This document shows, piece after piece, positions 48,407 through 57,887 of a DNA stretch of 64,000 nt. A model generated the notes under the pieces. The model had not been told where the DNA came from and made no database searches. It worked only from the letters and a program-made list of their open reading frames with translations. Every line of letters starts with the position of its first letter. The stretch's first letter is position 1. The stretch is from Endomicrobiales bacterium (GTDB lineage: Bacteria > Elusimicrobiota > Endomicrobiia > Endomicrobiales > CAWCFT01): NCBI GenBank assembly GCA_963794945.1, contig CAWCFT010000004.1, positions 370,691-434,690 on the forward strand, written 5' to 3'. A program made the position numbers and the translations under genes.

Positions 48407-48774
48407 TGTCATCTCGAATCCGCCAGAGGCGGATGAGAGATCTTGTCCTCTGACAGCAACTCATCACTCAAATCCTTCCACTCCGGGTTTTTTGTGATCA
48501 CTAACCTGTTTTTCTTCTCCCTGCACCATTTTTTTATTTCTTTTTCCCTTGATATTGCCGAGTTGACATCTGTTGTATGTTCATAATAAACAAGTTTATT
48601 CAGCTTATATTTTTTCGTAAACCCGTCAATTATTTTATTTTTGTGTTCGAACACCCTTCGCTCTAAATTATTTGTCATTCCAACATACATGACTTTATTA
48701 TTCCAGTTTGTCAGAAGATAGACGTAAAAATTATAATCTTTCACAAAGATTTCTCCCTTTCGGTCGAAATGACA
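48407..48774. mobile_element. Putative element: GIY-YIG gene bracketed by the two arms of a TGTCAT repeat
   Basis: Left arm TGTCATCTCGA...GAGAGATCT (48407-48443); right arm AGATTTCTC...TCGAAATGACA (48747-48774). Confidence 0.65.
48409..48744 (-). CDS. Small GIY-YIG nuclease-family protein
   Basis: YVYLL...YVGMTNNLERRVFEHK, GFTKKY, LVYYE, AISREKEIK, NPEWKDL. Confidence 0.92.
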   Translation of the reverse strand: MKDYNFYVYLLTNWNNKVMYVGMTNNLERRVFEHKNKIIDGFTKKYKLNKLVYYEHTTDVNSAISREKEIKKWCREKKNRLVITKNPEWKDLSDELLSEDKISHPPLADSR

Positions 48775-48795
48775 GCGCTATGAAGGATTTACAAA

Positions 48796-50493
48796 TCAGT
48801 GTTTAGAAATTGCCTTTTCAGTTAGTTCCAAATTCCTTCTCGCCTGCTCCATGTTCGGGTTAAGCATTACGGCGCGGCTAAAACACATTTCCGCGGACTT
48901 GTAATCTTTTTCCCTGTAAAATATGCCGCCGAGATTATTGAGGGCTTCGGTAGACGACGGGTTGACCAACAAAGCCTTCTCGTATAGTACTTTAGCGGCT
49001 CCATAATCTCTGTGGGCTTCACGGATCGTCGCCATGTTCACAAGCGGGCCCGCCTGCGGCATAATGTTTACAGCTGCCTCGTAAGCGTTCACGGCGTCTT
49101 TTTCCAGCCCCTGGCCTTCGTACGTCACGCCGAGCCCGAAATACGAGTTGGCCATATTTGACCTCTTGTAGTTGCCAAAATTAAACACGGAGGAATAAAT
49201 ATCGTAATTCGAAAGGTATATGAGCGCCACCGCAGCCGCGCCAAGCGCAAAAAATTTTAGAGTTGCTCCCTTCTTTTTGTAAATAGCCCCCAAATAAATG
49301 ACGAACGAGCCCGCGTAGATGCAGAAAACCGGCACAACCGGGAAGCGGTATTCCGACACCACAAAAAATATTATTCCGGAAGCAAAATACACCGCGCCGT
49401 AACCAAGCAGAAGAAGGTTCGCGGGCGACACCAGCATTCCCAGCACCGCAAGCGGCAGTATTATTCCGAAATCTACCAGTGGCTGTGACAACACGGAACG
49501 GTAAACGTTCTGGAAGAAATAGTAATCGAGGTTTATGGGCGGCTCGTAGGTATTAAAAAATATCAGGGTTTTCCTGAGTTCAAGCATGAGCCACCGCGAA
49601 GGATATTTGGTTATGAACTTGAAAGACTCCCTGTACCAAAACGTTGAAGACTCTGCCGGGGTAAGCTGTTTTCCTGAAATACGGTTCGCCTCGATTTGGA
49701 AATCTCCCTGTTCCACCTCTGGGTCGGTCCGCGCGAAAGACATCGGAGTGTAGGGCCCAAGGCAATATTTAGAGTTGCCGGTAAAGAAGTTCATGCCGCC
49801 GTGGGCCGTTGTCATAACGAATTCTTTGCCTACCTTATAATTCCTTATGCCCACGGGAAGGAGTATCAGGAACACGCCCGCGGCAAATAGGACGGATTTA
49901 AAATACTCTTTTCTCCACAAAAGCCATGCCACAGCGACCGGCGCGAAAATAAGAGCGTTCGGCCTCATGTGCGCGGAAAAACCAAGCAAGGCTCCTGATA
50001 ACAACCCCTCAAGCCCCGCGCCGGAAACAAGCAGCAGCAGCGAAAGCATGTTGGTGAAATTTATCAGCGTTGTTTTTACCAGCACGCTTTCATAAAAGAG
50101 TTCCGGCCCGTAAAAGAGGAACAGCGCCATCGCGGCAAGCCCTGCCGCTGCGGAAAAGTACTTCTTTGCCAGCACATACACTATCAGCCCGGTTAATAAC
50201 CCCAGTGTGAATTGAATAACGACAACAGCGGATACTTTAAGCCCGCATATCTTGTACACGGCGCCCAGAAAGTAGGAGTAGCCCGGGCTCATCATGAACA
50301 CCCCGCGCTTGGCGCCCACAAGGTCACCCTTTGCTATCTCTTCGCCCCAGTCGCTATAGTACTTGGCGTCAAGAATAGGCGTTTTAAAAAGGAAGTCGTC
50401 CTTTATCTGGTGGTAATAAACCACCCTGAGCCCGATCGCCGCAAATATGATAAGCCAGAATATTTTACTTTTCAAACGAAACACCTCACACAT
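48796..50493 (-). CDS. GT-C (PMT/ArnT-like) membrane glycosyltransferase with C-terminal TPR repeats
   Basis: PILDAKYY, PGYSYF, RPN, RNY, GGMNFFTGN; TPR motif ALNNLG. Confidence 0.8.
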   Translation of the reverse strand: MCEVFRLKSKIFWLIIFAAIGLRVVYYHQIKDDFLFKTPILDAKYYSDWGEEIAKGDLVGAKRGVFMMSPGYSYFLGAVYKICGLKVSAVVVIQFTLGLLTGLIVYVLAKKYFSAAAGLAAMALFLFYGPELFYESVLVKTTLINFTNMLSLLLLVSGAGLEGLLSGALLGFSAHMRPNALIFAPVAVAWLLWRKEYFKSVLFAAGVFLILLPVGIRNYKVGKEFVMTTAHGGMNFFTGNSKYCLGPYTPMSFARTDPEVEQGDFQIEANRISGKQLTPAESSTFWYRESFKFITKYPSRWLMLELRKTLIFFNTYEPPINLDYYFFQNVYRSVLSQPLVDFGIILPLAVLGMLVSPANLLLLGYGAVYFASGIIFFVVSEYRFPVVPVFCIYAGSFVIYLGAIYKKKGATLKFFALGAAAVALIYLSNYDIYSSVFNFGNYKRSNMANSYFGLGVTYEGQGLEKDAVNAYEAAVNIMPQAGPLVNMATIREAHRDYGAAKVLYEKALLVNPSSTEALNNLGGIFYREKDYKSAEMCFSRAVMLNPNMEQARRNLELTEKAISKH

Positions 50494-50586
50494 AGATTGT
50501 TCACTGAGAAATTTATCGATGCTATCACTCTAACACTAAACATACAACTCGTTTGACCTGCCATGCCTCATCGGCAGGTCATTTAA

Positions 50587-50691
50587 TTCCCCCCTCTTTC
50601 GTTCAAAGAGGGGCTAGGGGAGTTCATCAATGTTTTTAGCCTTACACCTTTCAAACTCCCCTTAATCCCCTCTTTGAGAATAAAGAGGGGA
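50587..50691. repeat. CCCCTCTTT/AAAGAGGGG repeat; empty counterpart of the DUF559 element
   Basis: Right arm nearly identical to 47144-47189; left arm similar to 46750-46784. Confidence 0.9.
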
Positions 50692-50749
50692 AACACCTGA
50701 TAGACAGTTTCGAATTTCGATATTAGGGTATTCGAAATTGCCTCAAAAC

Positions 50750-50862
50750 GTAGTGCCCAATTAACTTCGGCTCGCGGTCCGAGTACTACTAATTCTGTAG
50801 TACCTAACCTACTGCGTGGTCGACCACGCACCTGCTTGCCTTGTAGTGCCCAAGTTACTTCG
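50750..50862. repeat. Three GTAG-initiated 20-bp direct repeats spaced 46-47 bp apart
   Basis: GTAGTGCCCAATTAACTTCG, GTAGTACCTAACCTACTGCG, GTAGTGCCCAAGTTACTTCG. Confidence 0.65.
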
Positions 50863-50875
50863 TCATCACGACGAA

Positions 50876-51371
50876 TTACATATTTGTGAGTACTTTTCGC
50901 AGAGCAGGCGCCAATTGCCTGCCTGCCCCACTAACCCATTCAGGCAATTCTTCGCATGTTGATAACCGCTCAAGCCTGCCAAGTAGTTCGTTTGTCAGCG
51001 GCCAGTCCATGCGCATTTCGTGAATAAAAGTCAGCCCTGCTTTACGCAGTTCCGAAAGCATTACAGGGATGGTTATTCCCCTCTCCCTGCGCAGGCTGCG
51101 GAGGCCTCGCAACAGGCTTTCATCGCTCATGCCGTATGTATCCGTTACGGTGCGCGTCTTGGCTGGCCGCAGGCTTTATCTTGTCCCATTGAACAGGCAG
51201 ATCAGCGTGCTTTGCCTTAAGAGCGTCTATATGCTCAGGCTTCAGCTCCCCAGTCTTGCCCAGATAGGCCAGAGTCTTATGCCTGGGCCGCCCCTGCTCA
51301 TCCCTATACGAGTGAACCAGGTACGCCTGACGCACCCCAAACTTGTTCTCTTTCCAGCGTATGAATGCCAT
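50876..51371 (-). CDS. Hypothetical protein with IS1634-transposase-N-terminus-like motif (two ORFs, or one frameshifted)
   Basis: AYLVHSYRDEQGRPRHKTLAYLG; overlapping downstream 84-aa ORF. Confidence 0.5.
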
Positions 51372-51509
51372 GCCTTATACAGTATCCCGCGGCTCCCATG
51401 CCGCCCTGCAGCTATTATAATATCCTATTATTTATGGCTCGTATGGTTATTTTCATCCAGCCCTTTCATTTCAATCTGCATTCTTACGCGTTTAATGGCT
51501 TCAGCCTAA

Positions 51510-51848
51510 TTATCGTGACAGCGTCACGACTATTCGCTCTTCAGGAAAATACTCTGAGAATTTTATCATTCTGAAGAGGTTTCGAGCGCTAAAACCTTCC
51601 CCATATTCCGGTGCCAATTGTGCCGACAGTGTCGTCACAATCTCTTCCCCATACTCAGCGCGCTTGTTTTTTAGTATCTCATTATTAACCCTTTGACCTA
51701 TTTTCCAGTACAGCATTGTAAGCCCCGCATTAACAGTTACGGCAACCGCGGACCGGGTTTCTGCAATAAACCTGCGAATGTCGTTAATAAGAGGCCTGCT
51801 GTTCGTAATGCTGAGTTTGTCTTCAGGATCAAAATTTTCACTTTTCAT
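51510..51848 (-). pseudogene. YhcG/DUF1016 N-terminal domain only (truncated)
   Basis: VNAGLTMLYWKIG, AEYG, YGEGFSARNLFRM; stops before the LSWSH motif and the PD-(D/E)XK domain. Confidence 0.75.
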
Positions 51849-52056
51849 TTTAATAGCTCCACCAACTTGTTCTCTTGACAATGCATAAGTACCATGATAG
51901 GTCTATTATACCTGCATATTTAACGTCTGCTAATATCTATATGTCTAACGCTAATGTTTCTTATGTTAGTACCTTGTTTAGTTTTTCACTTATTTTTGCA
52001 GTTATTTATAGGAATAGAATTAATACATTGCTATTATTACATTACATCTATAAATG

Positions 52057-52734
52057 TCACTTCCCTCTTAAAGCCACTAACCCAAAAATACTGCCGATTA
52101 TTATTGCTGATATCATAGCTTTAAAAGAATGATTATACTCAAAATGATAAAAAAGCTCTTGTTTCCAAATTATTTCTGCCCCATAAAATATAAGTAAACT
52201 AACGACACCAGCAAGTATCCTGATAAATGGTCGTATTTTGGGTTTGTTTGCGGCCTTATTTTTCAGCAAAACAACTCCATGATTAACGGTTATTGATTCC
52301 ACCATACCATTATTCAAAACTGCATTTTCAAATCTTTGTCTTGTTTCGGTCTTGATTTTCTCGTACGCAGGAATAATAATATTTATTTCGTACTTATCAA
52401 TAAACATAAATATAATATTTTGAATTATCTTCCATTTTTCTTTATGCTTATTTAAATGTATTAAGCTAATATAATAGCGTATTACTAGTGAAGCTTTTTC
52501 GGGTTCGAATGAATTTATATTGAAAGGATTAAATTCTGTTAATTTTACACCTGCCGCTTCCAACTCTTCTTTAGTTACTCCGCCAGCGGTATTTTTTAAG
52601 GATTCGCCAACCCCTAAAAATCTACCATTTCCATCTTGTACACAAACAGATTCTTTCTTTAAATAATAAGATGTTGACATTGATTGTATTTCATAATCTC
52701 TATCTGTAAAACACATTTGTACATTAATTCGCAT
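52057..52734 (-). CDS. Hypothetical AT-rich protein with two C-terminal TM helices
   Basis: 225-aa ORF in a low-GC segment. Confidence 0.6.
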   Translation of the reverse strand: MRINVQMCFTDRDYEIQSMSTSYYLKKESVCVQDGNGRFLGVGESLKNTAGGVTKEELEAAGVKLTEFNPFNINSFEPEKASLVIRYYISLIHLNKHKEKWKIIQNIIFMFIDKYEINIIIPAYEKIKTETRQRFENAVLNNGMVESITVNHGVVLLKNKAANKPKIRPFIRILAGVVSLLIFYGAEIIWKQELFYHFEYNHSFKAMISAIIIGSIFGLVALRGK

Positions 52735-52765
52735 AATTAACCCCCATCGCTAATTTTTATATCTA

Positions 52766-53914
52766 TTATATTTTTATTTCAATAAGCTCATTTATTAATT
52801 GATTTAGGTTCACGTATTTAACCGTGATATTGCCGTATTTTCTTATAAAAGATGCCGTAATATCACTTGAAACAACATAATTTGCTCCTTGTTCATATTG
52901 CGCCCTGAAAGACTTCAAATTGACTGGATCAAAACCATCCGATTTCCATTTGCATTCAATTGAAATAACTGCTTTAGATTTTGTCTTGATAACAAAATCT
53001 ATTTCATGCCCTCGTTTGTCTCTCCAATACAAAATATCCCAGGTTTGAAGCCTGCCGAATATCTCGTTTAAGACATAATGCTCCCAAAGATATCCCAGGT
53101 CCTCATTTCTCAGTTCTGTCCATTGTTTATAATGGCATACAAAACCCGTGTCAAATGCGTATACTTTAGGGGCCGCGATGATCTCATTCGGCTTGTGAGT
53201 GTTGTAAGGCCTTACTATATGAAAAACATATGTTGCCTCAAGAACGGAAAGGTAGTTTTGAACGGTAGGCCTGCTTATCTCGCACGGAGCTGTAAAGCTT
53301 GTAGCCTCAAATATTTGCCCGCTCTGAATAAATAACAGCTCCATAAACTTTAAAAATGAATATCTTCGCTCTAACCTGAATAATTCAAGAATATCTTTTG
53401 CCCAATATGCTTCGATCCATTCTTCATAACCTTTTTCCCACGGCTTTTCCATCAGAAAGAACGGCGGTAAGCCGCCGTTGAGCAGCCTTTTCTTAAGGGA
53501 TTTATTACCGAAGTTTTCTAAATCTTCCGAAATCATCGGAGTGAGCCATAATTCCAATTTTCTGCCGGTCAACGTATCTTTAAATTTCGCGGTCGCTCCA
53601 AGCGACGATGAACCGGTAGCGATGATTTTGATATCAGGATAATGATCAGCGGCAATTTTAAGCAGCTGGGAAGGTTCTGCCAACCTGTGTATCTCATCCA
53701 ACACGATTTTTTTGCCTTTATGCTCGCCGAGGAAACTTTCAGGGTCTTCCAGCTGTTTTCTTACGCTCGGAAGTTCGCAATCGAGATAAACTGCGCCCAC
53801 AAGGGATTTACATAAATAGGTCTTGCCCGAGCGGCGAACGCCGGAAAGCCATATAATGGAACGATGCTTCCACAACTCTTGAACTTGTTGAATCCAGAAA
53901 TTACGCTTTATCAT
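52766..53914 (-). CDS. AAA_14 plus DUF4143 ATPase
   Basis: GVRRSGKT, LDEIH, TGSS, LTGR, PKVYAFDTG, YWRDKRGHEIDF, IECK. Confidence 0.9.
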   Translation of the reverse strand: MIKRNFWIQQVQELWKHRSIIWLSGVRRSGKTYLCKSLVGAVYLDCELPSVRKQLEDPESFLGEHKGKKIVLDEIHRLAEPSQLLKIAADHYPDIKIIATGSSSLGATAKFKDTLTGRKLELWLTPMISEDLENFGNKSLKKRLLNGGLPPFFLMEKPWEKGYEEWIEAYWAKDILELFRLERRYSFLKFMELLFIQSGQIFEATSFTAPCEISRPTVQNYLSVLEATYVFHIVRPYNTHKPNEIIAAPKVYAFDTGFVCHYKQWTELRNEDLGYLWEHYVLNEIFGRLQTWDILYWRDKRGHEIDFVIKTKSKAVISIECKWKSDGFDPVNLKSFRAQYEQGANYVVSSDITASFIRKYGNITVKYVNLNQLINELIEIKI

Positions 53915-54033
53915 GATGAAATTAATATAGCATATAGTGCCACTAAATGCAAGTATAGTTGCACATAGATTACACAACCTGGGCGATTAATCTTTGACTC
54001 GCGCTACTACATAAGTTGATACAAAATTAGTCA

Positions 54034-54150
54034 TTAAAGTTTTTTTAAGCAGATGACGGCTGTTTGTCCGCCGAAACCGAAGGAGACGGACATGGCGGAA
54101 GTTATTTCTTTTTCAATTGTTTTTAAAGGCGCGTAATCGAGGCCGCACTT
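54034..54150 (-). pseudogene. Diverged duplicate of the last 38 codons plus stop of the fabF-like gene
   Basis: KCGLDYAPLKTIEKEITSAMSVSFGFGGQTAVICLKKL* versus ECGLDYTPNKTVEKEITSAMSVSFGFGGQTATVCVRKL* (55632-55748). Confidence 0.9.
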
Positions 54151-54319
54151 GTGTGAAAACGTGTCCGGCTTCTTTATATCTTATGCTTTCTCCGGCCTTT
54201 CAATGTCATTTGGACAAATTGTAAATAGCATCTATTATTTGTTCATATTACCGGGCGCTCGACGGCAAGTTCAGTGCTCACCAAGGTAATACATTTTGAC
54301 CGGGTTTCACCAGCTGCTT

Positions 54320-55531
54320 CTATTGTGGTTTTCTCAGCCACTCGATATAATTATCTAATGAAACCACCGATAAGTCTCTTGTTAGCGGAAATGTTTCGTT
54401 TGAAAGCGATAGTATCCTGCCAGGCTGTAAAGGCAATTTGCTAAAAACCGTTTTTAAACGCGTGATATTTGAAGCGTCGCTTACGCGCGGCGTCATATTC
54501 AATTTGATCTCAACAGGATGCAAAACCATATTCTTTTCTATCAGCAGGTCAACTTCCAGATTATTGTTCGTTCTAAGATAATGCAGTCCAATATTCATTT
54601 TATTGTTTATTACCTGCTTGACGGTTTCCTGCATGCAGTAATTCTCAAAAAGAGCGCCGGCCATCGGGCCGTTCATCAACACTTCTTTATTCTGGATGCC
54701 GGTTAGATAGCAAACAAGCCCGCTGTCGAGAAAATATACCTTGGGAGATTTAACGATGCGTTTTCCAAAATTGGTATGGTAAGGGTACAATAAATATATT
54801 ATTCTGCTTGCCTCAAGAACGGAAACCCACCGTTTAACGGTATTAACAGCAACGCCTATATCGGAAGCTATGACGCTTAAATTCAATATTTGCGAGCACC
54901 GAGCCGCTAAAAGCCGCATGAACCTTTGAAAATCCCTGAGGTCGCCTATTCCAAAAATACTTTTTATATCTCTTTCAAGATATGTTTGAAAATACCCCGC
55001 TGTCCACTGGGTGATATTGATTTTTGGCTCAACGTTTGGCTCAGGATATGACCCGCGAAGGCATGAATGAATAAAAATATCTTTTGACGTGATAAGCTTT
55101 TTTCTTAAAACAGGAATGCTTTTTATTTCGGCAGCGCTGAACGGCAGGAGTTCAAATATCGCTACTCTGCCCGCGAGAGAATCCCCCAAGTTCTTTATAA
55201 GATGAAATTGCTGTGAGCCGGTTATTATGAATCTGCCTTTTACGTTCCTTCTGGCATCTATGGCGATTTTAATATACGAGGTTAACTGCGGTACGTATTG
55301 AATTTCATCTATTATTACATTTTGGCCGATGGATTCAAAGAATAATTTAGGGTCTGACTCAGCTCTTTCACGCACAATTGGGTCGTCCAGCGTTACGTAT
55401 AAGTGCGTTTTGCCGAATAAATTCTTCAACATCGTAGATTTCCCGGTTTGCCGGGGACCCGTGACGGCTATGGCTGGAAATTGTTTTAAGGATCGTTTGA
55501 TCAACTCTTCTTCCGCGCGTTTAATATACAT
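54320..55531 (-). CDS. AAA_14 plus DUF4143 ATPase (second paralogue)
   Basis: GPRQTGKST, IDEIQ, TGSQ, SLAGR, YLERD, KSPKVYFLDSG, EVDL, VEIK. Confidence 0.9.
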   Translation of the reverse strand: MYIKRAEEELIKRSLKQFPAIAVTGPRQTGKSTMLKNLFGKTHLYVTLDDPIVRERAESDPKLFFESIGQNVIIDEIQYVPQLTSYIKIAIDARRNVKGRFIITGSQQFHLIKNLGDSLAGRVAIFELLPFSAAEIKSIPVLRKKLITSKDIFIHSCLRGSYPEPNVEPKINITQWTAGYFQTYLERDIKSIFGIGDLRDFQRFMRLLAARCSQILNLSVIASDIGVAVNTVKRWVSVLEASRIIYLLYPYHTNFGKRIVKSPKVYFLDSGLVCYLTGIQNKEVLMNGPMAGALFENYCMQETVKQVINNKMNIGLHYLRTNNNLEVDLLIEKNMVLHPVEIKLNMTPRVSDASNITRLKTVFSKLPLQPGRILSLSNETFPLTRDLSVVSLDNYIEWLRKPQ

Positions 55532-55583
55532 TTTGAAATTCCTCTCTTTTGCGGAAAGTATAGCAAACATATTATTAAATGTA

Positions 55584-55618
55584 AATACATATTTGCATTC
55601 TCATTGCAAATATGTATT
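55584..55618. promoter_or_regulatory. 14-bp-arm perfect inverted repeat upstream of the ATPase gene
   Basis: AATACATATTTGCA-N7-TGCAAATATGTATT. Confidence 0.5.
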
Positions 55619-55631
55619 GTTAAAGCCGGCA

Positions 55632-56759
55632 CTATAATTTCCTGACGCATACCGTAGCGGTCTGCCCGCCGAAGCCGAACGAGACGGACATGGCGGAAGT
55701 TATTTCTTTTTCAACAGTTTTATTGGGTGTGTAATCGAGGCCGCACTCGGGGTCGGGGTCGGTCAAGTTCAGGGTCGGGGGGATGGCGTTGTCGCGCATC
55801 GCAAGAAGGGAGAACGCTATCTCTACCGCGCCGGAGGCGCCGAGCATGTGACCCGTCGAGGCTTTTGTGGAAGAGATGGATAGCTTGCTTACCTTTTTGC
55901 CGAAGGCTTTTTTGTATGCTTTTGTTTCCATGACGTCGTTAAGTTTTGTGCCCGTGCCGTGCGCGTTTATGTAACCCGGCAAAATTCCGCCGGACATCTC
56001 TGTCGCTTTTTTTACGGCAAGAGTAATACTTTTTCCAGCTCCGTCAAATGTCACTGGGTTGCATGTATCGTTAGACAAACCCCAGCCGGATATCTCGCCA
56101 TATATCTTAGCGCCCCTGAGTATAGCGATATCTTTTCTTTCCAATACAAGTACACCCGCGCCTTCGCCAGGGGCAAAGCCTTCCCTGTTCTTATCGAAGG
56201 GCTTCGCGTAATTTTGCGCGAGCACGCCCATCTGAGAAAATCCCGAGAGGTAAAGCGGGTGGAATGGGCTCTCTACCGCCCCAGCTATTACCGCGTCGCA
56301 GATGCCGGCCTCTATCCAGCGGGCCGCTGTTATAACGGAAACGGCCCCTGTAGCGCAGGCGGCCGAAACGTTCAGCATGGGCCCGCGCAGGCGTAGTATA
56401 TCTCTGGCTTCTTTGCCGACGGTAGATTGATAAAATATATCCGAGAAAGATATTTTCCCTTTGGAATTTTGGATGTTAGGTTTGCTTGAGGAGATGGTGC
56501 AGCCGAAACGCGAGTAGTCTATAAATTGGTCGTTCACGCCGCTGTCGGTAAAAGCTTCAACCGCCGCTAGGAAAAGCATCGAGAGCATTCTTGTTTCAGG
56601 AGGGATATCAAGCCCGGGGATCCTCGCCGACACAATGCCGCGAAACTCCGCGTCGGATCTCACCGCGCTGTGGCCGAGCAAAAGCTCGTCCCAGCTTTTT
56701 TCGCGCCCGAGCCCGAGCGGCGTAACCAGCCCTATTCCCGTAACGACTACGTTGCTCAT
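55632..56759 (-). CDS. fabF: Beta-ketoacyl-ACP synthase II-like protein
   Basis: VVVTGIG, ACATG, GEGAG, NAHGTGT, GHMLGA, SFGFGG (Cys-His-His triad). Confidence 0.88.
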   Translation of the reverse strand: MSNVVVTGIGLVTPLGLGREKSWDELLLGHSAVRSDAEFRGIVSARIPGLDIPPETRMLSMLFLAAVEAFTDSGVNDQFIDYSRFGCTISSSKPNIQNSKGKISFSDIFYQSTVGKEARDILRLRGPMLNVSAACATGAVSVITAARWIEAGICDAVIAGAVESPFHPLYLSGFSQMGVLAQNYAKPFDKNREGFAPGEGAGVLVLERKDIAILRGAKIYGEISGWGLSNDTCNPVTFDGAGKSITLAVKKATEMSGGILPGYINAHGTGTKLNDVMETKAYKKAFGKKVSKLSISSTKASTGHMLGASGAVEIAFSLLAMRDNAIPPTLNLTDPDPECGLDYTPNKTVEKEITSAMSVSFGFGGQTATVCVRKL

Positions 56760-56805
56760 TGGTTTCTCTGTTAATAATATTTATTTCGTCTATTTGATAC
56801 TATGG

Positions 56806-56879
56806 TGTCATTTCGATCCCGCCTGGGCGGGAGAGAAATCTTAGATTCCTCGTCACGCCTTGCGAAACTCGGAATGACA
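56806..56879. repeat. TGTCAT-ended palindromic repeat (empty copy)
   Basis: TGTCATTTCGATCCCGCCTGGGCGGGAGAGAAATCTTAGATTCCTC...TCGGAATGACA. Confidence 0.9.
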
Positions 56880-56918
56880 ATTTATAGCGTGATTCAAGAT
56901 GACAGCATTAAGATGACA

Positions 56919-57647
56919 TTATATCATTCTTGAGTCAATATTGAATACCTGGCCTGAAACTGTTTTCATGCCCGCGAGGAAAACAACGAACCGCGCGAGC
57001 TCTTTTACGTCGGTGGTAAGCCCCAGCACGCTTTCCTCTTTTATCTTTTTGGCATACTTTTCCGATATGGTTTTGCCCATGTCGGTCAGGTGGAACCCCG
57101 GTAGAACGGCGTTCACCGTAATGTTCATCGGGCCGAACTCCCTGGCGGCAGTTTTTGTTAGAGCGATTAGCCCTGCCTTCGCGAGCGCGTAGTTAGCTCC
57201 GCCGTAATTGCCCCTTACTCCCGCGATAGATGAGATATTTATTATTGCGCCGCCCTCATTTTGCATCAGCGGCGCGCACTCTTGTATTAGGGTCATGGGC
57301 CCGGTTAAATTTGTTTTAATAACTATGTCCCACTCTTCATCGGACATGTTGATCACTGTCCTGTCGCGGCAGATGGCGGCGTTATTTACAAGAACGTCTA
57401 TGCCGCCAAACGTATTATGCACTGCAATCACAGCTTGTTTAACCGACTGACGGCTGGAAACATCACAACAAAATATTTCGCATTTTCCGCCGGAGTTTTC
57501 TATCAGGCTTTTTAGTTCCCGCGCTTTTTCCGCTTCTTTGTTATAGCATGCCGCGACGTTAAAACCAGCCATCGCGAACTCGAGAGCTGTCTCGCGGCCT
57601 ATCCCGTGGGAGGCGCCTGTTATAAGTACGGTTTTATTGTGTTTCAT
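56919..57647 (-). CDS. fabG: 3-oxoacyl-ACP reductase-like SDR
   Basis: TGASHGIG, VNNA, NISS, YALAK, ITVNAVLPG. Confidence 0.85.
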   Translation of the reverse strand: MKHNKTVLITGASHGIGRETALEFAMAGFNVAACYNKEAEKARELKSLIENSGGKCEIFCCDVSSRQSVKQAVIAVHNTFGGIDVLVNNAAICRDRTVINMSDEEWDIVIKTNLTGPMTLIQECAPLMQNEGGAIINISSIAGVRGNYGGANYALAKAGLIALTKTAAREFGPMNITVNAVLPGFHLTDMGKTISEKYAKKIKEESVLGLTTDVKELARFVVFLAGMKTVSGQVFNIDSRMI

Positions 57648-57685
57648 ATAAATTTACATTCCAGAAACTGAAGTCTTACAGGCTC

Positions 57686-57863
57686 AAACTCCCCCTCCCC
57701 CCTCTTCATCTGAAGAGGGGTTTTAATCTACTCCCCCAGTTTTGTCATTTCGATCCCGCTTGACGGGAGAGAAATCTTGTTTTCTATTACACACAAAGAT
57801 CTTTCGCGAAGTCTATCCGCGCGCCACAGCGCATCTTTGACCTTCGGCGGGATCGAGATGACA
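57686..57863. repeat. CCCCTC half-element adjacent to a TGTCAT repeat (57743-57863)
   Basis: AAACTCCCCCTCCCCCCTCTTCATCTGAAGAGGGG; TGTCATTTCGATCCCG...GATCGAGATGACA. Confidence 0.85.
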
Positions 57864-57887
57864 ACTTAAAGATTTTGACAGAGTCTG

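Noticed and set aside
50750..50862. CRISPR array
   Set aside because: Only three short degenerate repeats; the palindromes are in the spacers; no cas genes
52057..52734. Degenerate MreB-like domain
   Set aside because: Only a faint resemblance; the actin-fold phosphate motifs are absent
54034..55748. fabF tail duplicate as a diversity-generating retroelement TR/VR pair
   Set aside because: Differences include non-adenine changes (G/C, C/T), and no reverse transcriptase is present
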